From assembly GCA_965202585.1 (NCBI GenBank), contig OZ241830.1:71982001-72046000 (forward strand): a stretch of 64,000 nucleotides of DNA. Direction: 5' to 3'. Shown here one piece after another: positions 53,145 to 64,000 of this stretch; position 1 is the first letter of the stretch, and the number at the start of each line of letters is the position of its first letter. The position numbers and the translations under genes were made by a program. The notes beneath the pieces are model-generated. The model saw nothing but the letters and a program-made list of their open reading frames with translations. It had not been told where the DNA came from and ran no database searches. Source of the DNA: Thalia democratica (taxonomy: Eukaryota).

Positions 53145-54618
53145 TTTAGTTCAATTTTACCATTAAAAACCCTTGTCATCCGATACAAGCTGAGATTATA
53201 AAATATATTATGAATCATTGGTTTATTGATTGAACTATTTTGTCATTTTTTAAAATATATACTTTCAAATACACAATAATCGATTTTAGCTTGCCTTTAC
53301 AGAGTAAAACACGATTATTTTCATCATTTAAAATTCAGCTGCATTTAAATCATTCGCAATTCTAATTTCTTCAAAGTTTTTGCTTTAATTTTGACTTTTT
53401 CTTCAAACGTTTTCTGCCTTGTTGTGTTGTTTTATTTTTTAATATTATGCAAGTTTATTTCTTGTTATATTTCGTAAAGAATAACGTATATTTATATGTT
53501 TTGTGCGTGCCATCAAGTCAAATGATGAAACTTTTGTTTTTTGATGGCAATTAACTATTAAAGTTTTAATTAAATACTTTTAATTGTTATATCAAAAAAA
53601 TATGTAGTTGTTTTGAAGCTCTACCGAACTAATCTCATTTAATTTTTTTACAAATAATATCTTAATTAATGTTTCATGTTTTTTTTATAGTGGCCTAAAC
53701 TAAAAGTTCTTTACCATATAGGTTTTAAAATATAGTATTTGTTTTTACTTAAAATAAATTAAGTTTATTGAAACTGTTGTGCTTTTTTTATTTATCTTAA
53801 GTGGCGCAAAAATGATTGCAGTAAATAAAATTTGAAATAACTTTTTTTGAAATTTATTACTTACATGGAATGTTTGGCACACCCTTTACAAAAACTTACA
53901 CGCTTTTATAACTTAAAACTATATAATGATGTACTTATTACTCACACTACAAATGACTGTTTATAAAAAATCGATAATTTAATCTTTATCATAATTACTT
54001 TAGAATTTATTAAAAGTTTGCAATGTAATTATTTTTTGTAAAAACTGAAACACATTTATTAATATAAAAATATTGATATAAAAACATATGGGTTATTTTT
54101 TGATTAATTAAGTATTCCATTACCAAACATTAACAGCAAGTAATAATTTTAATTTAAGAAGTGAAATTAAATATAGGGTTATATAATCATAAACGATTAA
54201 ATTAATTATTCAAGTGACTTTTAATTAAATAAAATGTTTTTTTGGTTATTAATTAAGTAACTTTTTCAAATGTGTATGCAAAGTGTTACAGTTTTGATTG
54301 CACTTATCTGATTTTTCATATATCATGAAAATTTTAGATAAAAATTAAAATCATTTGCATCAAGTTCTTAAATCCCATTAGTAAAAATTATGTAGCTTAC
54401 GTTAGCGTAATCAAAATTATACAAACATAAAAAAAAAACTAAGAAAAATTATTTTGTATTCAGCTCTAACTTTTTTAAAAATTACAAGGTTACTTTTAAC
54501 AGTTTTAACTTTTAGACGTGATTCAGAGTTGTTTTGTTTTATCAAAAGAGTTTTTTATAAACATTTAGTAAGTATTAAACGACTTTTGTGTTTAAAAAGT
54601 ACTTCACTATCCAACAAT

Positions 54619-54820
54619 AGTCTGAAAAACAGTCCATATAAGCTACTAGGAGAAGAAAATGTTAAATATAGTATCGGTAAAAATTTTCTTGCTTCAGTTG
54701 CTTTGAAGAATTATATTTCTGTTTGACGTCTGTGCACGCTTGCTAACTCTGTTTGCTATTACTTCAGTTTAGCTTAAACTATTTCTCTTACACTTGCTCA
54801 ATGTAATATGCTTTATTTAA
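54619..54820. repeat. Dispersed repeat, inverted copy of 29761-29960
   Basis: See 29761-29960. Confidence 0.85.
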
Positions 54821-57028
54821 GTTTTTTTTACCAGTTTAAGTGATAATTTTGGTTTTCATGACAAGACTGTTAACAAAAAAATTACAGTTCAAAAGTTTCT
54901 CTTATTCAAAAAACTGATAATTTGAAATCTAAAATTATTCTTTATAACAACACACACACAGTTTAAAGACAGTAAAGCAATAACACTAGTTGTTCAAATT
55001 AAAAAAAAAGGCTAAGCATTGAATATAATCTTAAGTATTTAGTTTTAACTCTACTTATTAGAAAATATTTAAAATGATTGAGATGCATATATTACTGTTA
55101 GTTTTTATCAACTCCTGTTTAGCGATAACAATGTTTTTGTAGTAATTTTTAGAAAAATAACTCTTACTAAAACTGATAAAGTACTGACCTTCACAGGTGA
55201 AATAAATACAGCCAAAATTTATTTTATTTATTACTTAATACTCTATTATTGATTTATTGTGGCTTTATACTGTTGTTAATATCAAGATTTATTCAATTTA
55301 CTTATTCAAGTTTATTTTTAAAGCCCTCTATTTACATAGTCCCATAACTAGAACAACTAAATAATTAAACAGTTCTACTTATAAGAGACAAATTATATAC
55401 AGTTTCAGGGTAATGATAGCTTTAAAACTTTGTGTTTTTCAATAATTTTTAAGATTGCAATCATGTTAAAAATAGTTAAAGGACAATAAGTTGATTGGAT
55501 TGTTTGTGGTTTTAATTTATTTATTGTTATTTTAAGCGATTTAAAGTAGTTTGTGTTTTATTTAACCTGAAAATAACACTTTATAACTATCAAAGATCCA
55601 TTGTTTTATAAGTAAAACGTTTATAATTATTCTAGAAGTTAATGGAGTTTATCTAAAAGTTTTGACATACCACTCTAAGCGAAAATTTAAATGAAAAGTC
55701 AGTAAAAATAGCCAAATCCAAAAAAAAGCCTTGAATGTTTTCAAAAGTAAATATACTTGCCATTTCGTCTTTTTTATTTAAAATATATGTCAATATTTTT
55801 TTTGTTACTTTACGAAATTTAAATTGATATTGACATTCAAGAGAAAATTTAATTTGTTTGTAATTTAGATTGCATAGACAACTATAAAATTGCTAGTTTT
55901 CTAGAATAAGAACTAAGTTCATAACTGCGATTAGCTTAATTGTTTAATCAAGAGAAAATTTCGCATTTTAATCTCACTTATTTTAAAATTTTTAAGAACG
56001 GAGAGCAAACGAATTTTTTGTTTTGTTTTCTAAGCGAAATTATAAGTCAGTTTTTTTAATACTAGTCTTTTTTTTGTAGTTCTAAAACCATATAACTCTG
56101 ACTAGTTTTTATTGACTCTTTTTTTTTTAATTAATAAAGCGGTATGTTTACTGTTAAAAAAATCTATTAACACGGACAACTAAAGGTTTTAAAATGCGTT
56201 TTTAATTTGATTGTGTAAAAAAAGATTAATTTTTTTTTTGTCGAAGCTATAAACATTTTTTCGAAATATTATTATTGTCGGTTTTAATAAAAGCGATTTA
56301 AAAAAAGCTCAAGCTAGAATACTTATTAAAATACAACCTTTTTAATAAATAATATTACAGAGTACAGTATGTTTTTTTTCTGTTTCGTCTTTGTTTTAAG
56401 TTTAGTGCTTTGAAGATTTTGTTCAAAGATAAAATATGATTTTTTTATAAAATATTTTAAAGTTAAGCATATGTTATTCTATTTTGTTTTCTTATCAAAA
56501 GTTTCAATGAAACAAACTAAAGTACATTAAAAATACTAAAAATGATTATAAAATAATTGACTGTTATGCGAGTTTAAATACAAATATTTTTTAATAACTA
56601 GACTTTTAGTGCTTTAGTTTTTAAGTAAATAAAATGCTTTTGTTTTGATTTACACTTTATTAGTAACGCTAAACAATAACTTTACGAGAAAGAAATATTT
56701 AATCTTGTTGTTGTATAGTGCTATCCATCTGAAAAATAAAACATAAATGAAAAATACACTAGTGAAAGTAAAACAAGTTGTTTATTTTTAAAACAATTTT
56801 TTTTGTAACCTAGATTAAACTTTGACAACCACGTTTGTTTTAAATTAATAAGTGGTAATATAAGAGTATTTTTTTAATAGTCGAAATTTTAAGTGTACAA
56901 TACACCATATGACTTTACATATGTGTTACAAATAAGTTATTAAGTAAGTTTAAGTTTAAAAAATACTTTGCCACGAATTTTAACTTAAATTTATTTAATT
57001 TGTTATAAGATTTTCAAACCTGTACAAC

Positions 57029-57894
57029 TTAGCAGTGGTAGATGACTGGGGTGTAACATCCCTTGTTGTATCTTCTTCTGTAACAACAAGTTCTGCGACG
57101 GATGATTCTTCTTGGGTGGTAGGTTGGTCTGCAGTATGGAACGTATCCTCTGCTGTAACCTTTACCGTAGTATGATGGGCTGTATCCCTTGCTGTATCCT
57201 TTGTTGTAGTATGATGGGGTGTATCCCTTACTGTATCCTTTACCGTAGTATTCGTCAGGGATAACCAATCCTGGGGAGATATAGTTGTAGACAAAAAAAA
57301 GAGCAAAAGTTAGATTTTTGAGTGAAACTAAAACATCAAATGATAAAGTAGTATAATTTTATTAATATAATGATTGTAGTACACAATAAAAACAGACAAA
57401 TAATTGAAAAAAAAAATTTTACGAATATTCTTTTATTTTTGTCAATCATCTAACAAATATCATATAACTTTAACGGATAATTTTTTTGCATTAGATAAAA
57501 ACAAACTTAATAACAGTTAATTTTTCAGATGTATACTTGTGGTAAAAAAAAGTTACATGTTCAACAATGAAATGTAACATTAGCGCACAACAGTTATCTA
57601 TTAAATAGTTTTTAAAATAAAGATTAAAAATCTCACTTTTAAACTAATTTATCTAAAATAAATTTAAATCAAGAAAAAGGGAATTAAAAAAAATCAAAGA
57701 TGTGTATTATATTGTTATAAATAACTAAAGCCTGTTTCGATCGTTAAACTTGATCATATTTTTATGATGAGATAAAAATTACAGTTTTTAATTAAATGAC
57801 TAAACATACCAGTTTCTTTTTCCATTGGTGGAGTGAATGGGTTTGGGATGGCAAGAGCTGCTCCAATGAAGCACAAAACAACAAACAATTTCAT
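57029..57894 (-). CDS. Small secreted Tyr/Gly/Lys-repeat protein, copy 2 (108 aa; exons 57894-57810, 57270-57029)
   Basis: Same structure as copy 1. Differs by L10I in the signal peptide and one YSP to YTP change. Intron GTATG..CCAG, 539 bp. Confidence 0.9.
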
Positions 57895-58031
57895 TTTGCT
57901 TATTTCTATTTGAAACATGATAATTCTTCATCCAATACTCGAGCTTATATACATGTGGATGTAGCTTAAATCAACAAATCTTATGGATGTTTTCAAGTAC
58001 CCTTAAGTTTATTTTTGACATTGAAATTAAT
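57895..58031 (-). promoter_or_regulatory. 5'UTR/core promoter of YG-protein copy 2
   Basis: TATATAAG on the minus strand. The block is alignable to 6907-7042. Confidence 0.7.
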
Positions 58032-58378
58032 CGTAATTAGATATACAAGTTGAACTTTGAAGTGTTATGTATATTTAAATTAACGATTTGTTGTTGTATT
58101 ATGAAATAAGTGTTGTTTTACTTAACACGTGCATGTAAAGTATAACCTGCTATAGAAGCCAATAGCATCAGTCCATTTGGCGAAACACTTTAGTATTGAC
58201 TACACGAACAGTTTTTATTTTTTTATTTTCTTAAATACACTTTAAACTATAATTGGATAATTTTATAAGTTGTTAAAACACTTATATTTTTTTGCTGTCT
58301 AAATGATTGTAAAACTGTGCAACTTAGCATATTAGTTTTTTATTTAAAACCCAATTGTTTAGATTTTTATATGTAAAC

Positions 58379-59523
58379 TAGTGATGTACCGGACCCACAA
58401 TTTTGAGTCCGGCCGGACCCGGATCCGACTTCGGATTTTTTTTTCAAATCGAGATCCGGCCGAATCCGGATACCAGACAAAAATGGCAATATCCGGCCGG
58501 ATCCGAACCCGGATAATAAGTCCGGTACAATAGTAGTTAAACAAAACTTTCATTCAACTAATGCGCCGTCAGTGAAAGATATGACGTATTGGTCTTTGAA
58601 TTAGTCCATATGTCTGTCGTAAAAGAAAAACTCAAAGACTTTTCCAGAAGTTTGGGAATATCAGACGTCAAATTTTGGTAAGCCCATTGAAGCATTACCT
58701 CGTTAAAATACTTTCTGCTTGGGATCAAATATCTTGGCTCTAAATGTGCCAAGAGTTTAATGAACCCTTTATCATTTACTATTGAAAACGGCTGGTTGTC
58801 AATAGCAATCATGTTGTTGATTTTCTCATTAACCATAATTTTTTTTGGATCATCTTTGCCCCAAGGCTTAAAGTTTTTAAAATCATTCATGGTTGATTGC
58901 TTCATAGCAGCGAGTTTTATTTTCTTTGGAGCTGAAGGCGAACCAGTGCTGCTTCTTGCCTTTTCTGATGAAGTTTTTTTTCGCTATTGTGTAAATCACA
59001 TTGTGCTTAGCAGATAAATGTCTATGTAAGGGAGTAGTACTATAAATTTTAAAATTATTACCCCTTTTGATTTTGTTGGTGCAAATTGTGCAAACAGCAA
59101 TAGCATCATCTTCTGAGCTTATGGTAAAATAACTTCACACAAATGACATAACTAATAATAATCTTAGACACTGTAACTAATAATATTAAATGTATTGATT
59201 AACTTTAATTTCTATATTTTTAAATTTTTTCTGTTGCACAAATCATGCCAAACAGATATCAATCTTTTCCACGAAATATTAAAAGTTTGTTTTGGAAAAA
59301 ATACTTTTCTGTATGCTCTTTTTTACTAACTAGATCCGAATCGGCCGGATCTCTGTTAGGATCCGGCCGGAACCAGATCCGAACCTTTTTTTAAAATTCA
59401 AGATCCGGCCGAAAGCGCATCCGGTTTTTTTCTAAATCGAGATCCGGCCGTATCCGGATATCAGACAAAAATGGCAATATCCGGCCGGATCCGGACCCGG
59501 ATAGTGATTCCGGTACAACACTA
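58379..59523 (-). mobile_element. Non-autonomous, internally deleted hAT DNA transposon
   Basis: 15-bp TIRs TAGTGATGTACCGGA (58379) and TCCGGTACAACACTA (ends 59523), 14/15 complementary. 8-bp TSD ATGTAAAC/GTGTAAAC (7/8). Subterminal GATCCGG/CCGG repeats and an internal transposase remnant. Confidence 0.9.
58558..59149 (-). pseudogene. hAT (Ac/ZBED-like) transposase fragment
   Basis: BED finger MSFV*SYF..CTIC..HLSAKH, with TGA at 59135-59137 where Trp is expected, then a frameshift. Then MIAIDNQPFSIVNDKGF..RYLIPSRKYF..SFTTDIWT..YLSLTAH, truncated shortly after the first catalytic Asp. Confidence 0.88.
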
Positions 59524-61536
59524 GTGTAAACTAAACAATATTATTTTCTTAAAAACTTAAGTAAATATGTAAAATATTTTCCATCCTTTGCTGTTGTTTT
59601 ACACGAACAGCTTATTTTTAAAACGATTCTGATTTTTAAAATACACTTGAAATTTTATTGGAAGAATTGTAGAAGTTTTTAAGCCACTTGTTTTTTTTTT
59701 TTTGCTGTCAGAACTTTGTAAAACTGTGCAATTTAAATTAGTTGTTTTTTATTTATAAACTAAACAACTATATTTTCTTTTTTAACATAAAAGATTAAAA
59801 ATAAATCTTTCATTTGTGACAGTTATATAACTTAAAGAGACAACTCTATACTTAACTCTATTTTTCTAAAATATCTATTTTTGTATTATAAACGCTAATA
59901 AGCTCCTTATTATTTTACAATATGTTTAGATGTTTTACTATACATTTTGATTTTGATTATTGTTTTAATAGTTATTAAATTCGTATTCTATACAATTCAA
60001 CACAAAAAATTCAATGACAAAATACAAACTTTTTTTTTATCACAAAATATTGATTAGTATGACTTTAAGAGCTGATTTAAAAACATATGCAGTGCAAAAA
60101 AAAACAGTTTTGTTTATTACCTGTTTTCTGTAAGTTTTACTGACCTTAATAAATTTACTAATAAGTTAAATAAAAAAACATACGTTTATTCAATACGTTT
60201 AATTTATTTAGACAAAGCAGAGTTTTTTCATGCATAATTTTTGTACAAACTCACTTTGGTGGGACTTATTATCAATCAAATTTAATTATAGAAATATGAA
60301 AATACAATTAGACTTTTTCTAATGAGGTATACGGTTAATTAATCAGAAATTTTTTATTTGAATAACAATAATTAGGAAATTTTGCAAAGCTATAGTTTAA
60401 GTACATTTAAAAACATTTTTTTTAAGCATTTTATAAGAAGTATAACTAAAACTTTTGTAACTATTTTTTTAAACTCAAAAGTTACAAGTAGTCGATACAT
60501 TTTAAAGATTTTTGTAAAAAATATAACTATTAACATGATTTAAACTAAATACAAAACAAAAAAATATTAAACATAATAAAAATCATTAATGTTCATACCT
60601 ACTTTCACCCCTATCTTAAAAAAAATACAAAGAAATAAACAATCAACATGCTTGGTAGTCTTTAAGTTAATTATACGTACCAGTGGCGTCGCGTCAAGTG
60701 GAGCATTAGAACATATGCTCCGCGTAAAAACAAAAAACTTTTATAACATTATAGTACTCCTAAACTACAGTGTTATCTTTTCTTAATAAAATTTGTTTAC
60801 AAGCGATTTTATATAGCTGTAGAATTTTTACTTTAATAAATTGGTTTTAAAAGTTATAAAATTAAAGATTTCAAAAATATTCGTAAACTTCCGCAATTTC
60901 TTACAAAAATACCACAAGACGCCATGTTGCTGCGATAGCATAAGTTCACAAGAATGAAACAGTCTTTTTAGAAAAATTAAGTAAATAACTAGTCTAATCT
61001 ACTTTTACAAAAGATACAATATAGACAACACGAACATAGGTGTTTTTTCGATGATGCTTTATATATACATACGTATATAAACATATTTGAAAAATACAAC
61101 ATTTAAATAAAAGTTAAATTTCTGTACATAATTTTAAGTTTAATGTCTTAAAAAAAAACTAAACTAATTATTGTGTTAAAAAGTAAAGTTATACAATGCT
61201 TCAGACAGTAACATTAAAATAAAAGTGTTTTAAGAACTTGTAAAAATGTATTTCATTGCAGTCTCACTTGTACATTAATTAAAATAATTTAAAATTAGTT
61301 AGAAATACAGAATTTTCAAGTAGTCGAAACTAAAGTATTTTGCCAAATGGAGTAATTCTATTGGTTAATGCATGTATAACATTGCTTCCATATTATATGC
61401 ACGTGTTTCTGGTCATTGGTAAAACAACAATCACTGTACATTACAACAACAAATCAGTTACTCTGTACACAACAAACTTCAAAGCCGAAGTTAAGTACCT
61501 CGTTATAATTAATCTTTGTGCCAAAAATAAACCTGA

Positions 61537-61644
61537 GGGTACTTGAAAACAGACAGAAAATTTGTTTATACAAGCCGTTTCCAAATGTATATAAGCTCGA
61601 ATATTAGATGAAGAATTATCATATTTCAAACAGAAATAAGCAAA
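61537..61644 (+). promoter_or_regulatory. 5'UTR/core promoter of YG-protein copy 3
   Basis: GGGTACTTGAAAACA..ATTTGTTTA..AAATGTATATAAGCTCG (TATA 61588-61595), shared with copies 1 and 2. Confidence 0.7.
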
Positions 61645-62159
61645 ATGAAATTGTTTGTTGTTTTGTGCTTCATCGGAGCAGCTCTTGCCATCCCAAACCC
61701 ATTCACTCCACCAATGGAAAAAGAAACTGGTATGTTTAACTTTTTGTTGTGAGTAACAAGACGTAATTGTTAATTAAAGAAGTTATTTCTATATACGTTT
61801 ATAACTTCATACAAGTATTTAAAATTTTACTTTCACCACAATCTATAAATCTTACCGAAACTAAAAGTACTTATAGATTATTTTATATCTTAATAGTTAT
61901 ACTTGACTTATATCATACTTATAACACAGGTTTGGTTATCCCAGATGAATACTACGGTAAAGGATACAGCAAGGGATACAGCCCATCATACTACAACAAA
62001 GGATACAGCCCATCATACTACGGTAAAGGTTACAGCAGAGGATACGTTCCATACTGCAGACCAACCTACCACCCAAGAAGAATCATCCGTCGCAGAACTT
62101 GTTGTTACAGAAGAAGATACAACAAGGGATGTTACACCCCAGTCATCTACCACTGCTAA
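61645..62159 (+). CDS. Small secreted Tyr/Gly/Lys-repeat protein, copy 3 (104 aa; exons 61645-61729, 61930-62159)
   Basis: Same as copies 1 and 2 but missing one 12-nt KGYS unit. Intron GTATG..ACAG, 200 bp. Confidence 0.9.
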
Positions 62160-64000
62160 GTTATTCAGGTTTGAAAATTAATCTATAGCATAAGTTCTAA
62201 AGTTAAGTATAAAAACAGTCTACCAGAATAATTGCTTTTATGGGCCTCAGTATAAACCCGGAAGAATCGTTGTATTTTTTATACATGATAAAATTCTTAT
62301 GTAACTGCAAAACTGCCCACAAGTGTATATAGGTTTATACTTTAAAGCTTCAAGATGTGTAACTGATCCCTTTAAAAAGATTTCAATGTTCTTTTTAACA
62401 TATTCCAAAAAGCTACATTATTCTGATTATATTTCTGTATATTTCTAGTTCTTTGACAACTGATTTTTTTAATTAATGTCTAAATCTAAAAAATGCAATT
62501 TTTGATATTAGGACTTATTTACTTTGATTTATATAAAATTTTTCAAGTGTAAAACTGTCTTAAACTTAGGCTAAACTTTATAAACTCATAAAATATATGT
62601 GGTAAGAATTTTTTTTCGTAAGTCTATCATTAAATTTTTTATAAAACTTAAATATTTTTACAGATGGCCAGCACACTTTAACAAACAGATGAACATCATT
62701 CTTGTTGTAAAGTTGTTATTTTGTGCTAATAATAAATGATAAACTAACAAACAAATGCCTACTGTATTTATTAACATGCAAAACCTAGTATAAGTTTTTA
62801 AAAGTTTCTGTAGTCTATAAATTAGCAAATAATTTTAAATTTGTTGCTGTTTTTATTGAATAAAAACTAGTAAATGTCTTTTACAACAAAAATAAAGCTA
62901 TATACAACAAAAAGAACGATGAACGAACATTAGAAAACTGTATAAAAATAAAAATACTAGTTGCTGTTGATCAAAAGCAAATTAGACAAAACATCATAGG
63001 CATCAAAACTTCGGCCATAAACTTAAAGGCAGATAAAAGAGAAAATAAAAAACAGCACAAAAATAGCGTTATATATTTTATAGAATTGTACAAATAAAGA
63101 TAAAATTTATAATCAAACATAAAAACAAACTGAAAAAGTGCTAACAATAAACAAATAACTTTGTTTAAGAGAGTAAAAAAAAATAATTAAAAAAAAAGTT
63201 AAAATATTTTTAACTATTTTATATTAATAATTTTAGAGGAAAAGCGTTTGTTACAAATTAAATCGATAATAAAAAGTGAAAAAACAAAGTAAACTATTTA
63301 TAAAAGTTAGTTATAACTTTTAAGTATTCATCCGTAAAATTATTTAAGCATTATTTGAAGTTTAACAATTTTGCATGAAACTGTTTTATTTAGGAGTTTA
63401 TTCTAAAAGTTAGTTGAAAATGGATGATGCTGAACATCATTATTAATACGGTTTATGCATGTAAATTATCTGTTATTACTTCTCAATAAATAGTTTTCTT
63501 GCAATTATAAAAACCTTTTATAAACTGTTGTACTTTCACCGTTAATTAGTTAAAAACAAGTAATAGGCTCAAGTTTAAGTTTATTGAACTTTAAAGGTTT
63601 AGTATAAAGACTTTTTATAGTCTATCTTGGTAAAACGTATAAGAAATATTGCAGCAGTAAAATAACTTTGTTTTTCAATAACACTTAATAGATTAATATT
63701 ACCAGATTAGCCTGTATTTTTTAATTTTGAACAAAAATTTACCACATAAAATAAGTAATAGTGGTTATATCTATAGAACTTAAAACTTTTCAATACATAA
63801 AAAACTGTAGTCGATGCAATCGTATAAGTTTAATTAATATGGTAGTGGCTTCTAAGTTTTCAGCAATAGAAAGTCTAAGATCTTTAAATGTTAAGTTTGT
63901 AGGTAATTTTGTTTTGTTTGTCTTTAATTCAGTGGAGTTAAAAGTACTTTTCTAATATTAAGAAAAAAACTACTAAGGTTCAAGTTTAATTTTCTATAAT

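Noticed and set aside
58760-59017. Plus-strand 85-aa hydrophobic ORF
   Set aside because: Antisense to the hAT transposase remnant.
60681-60721. CAGTGGCGTC start plus GGAGCAT/ATGCTCC hairpin, resembling a hAT-MITE end
   Set aside because: No partner TIR or TSD found, and too short to call.
1-64000. CRISPR arrays, tRNA/rRNA genes, prokaryotic operons; also the remaining short AT-rich ORFs in the ORF track (e.g. 4987, 16959, 38506, 49413, 50003, 54454, 60589, 63761)
   Set aside because: No repeat-spacer, cloverleaf or rRNA signatures were seen. The short ORFs are low-complexity Leu/Phe/Ile/Lys intronic or intergenic frames with no motifs.

Overview
Very AT-rich, intron-rich eukaryotic (animal) DNA. 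The taxon cannot be determined from the sequence. Spliced gene models were built by hand from GT..AG sites and phase-consistent reading frames. (1) Three near-identical two-exon genes encode an unrecognised small secreted Tyr/Gly/Lys-repeat protein with an Arg/Cys-rich tail (6.4-6.9 kb minus, 57.0-57.9 kb minus, 61.6-62.2 kb plus). (2) An 8-exon trypsin-fold pseudoprotease has its catalytic Ser replaced by Asn and continues into a Ser/Thr stalk and a transmembrane helix (9.4-15.6 kb). (3) A 49-exon, about 2289 aa type-I membrane protein carries 3 CUB-like, 23 EGF and about 6 FN3-like domains, an R3-RPTP-like juxtamembrane module and a short tail with no phosphatase domain (26.3-53.1 kb). Mobile DNA includes the 3' end of a Penelope-like retroelement with a hammerhead-like motif, a decayed composite hAT element, a MITE-like insert and several dispersed or tandem repeats. 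Notable oddities: GC3 varies from 14% to 94% between exons of one gene, 27 of 48 donors have a pyrimidine at +3, and paralogue identity is confined to exons and promoters.
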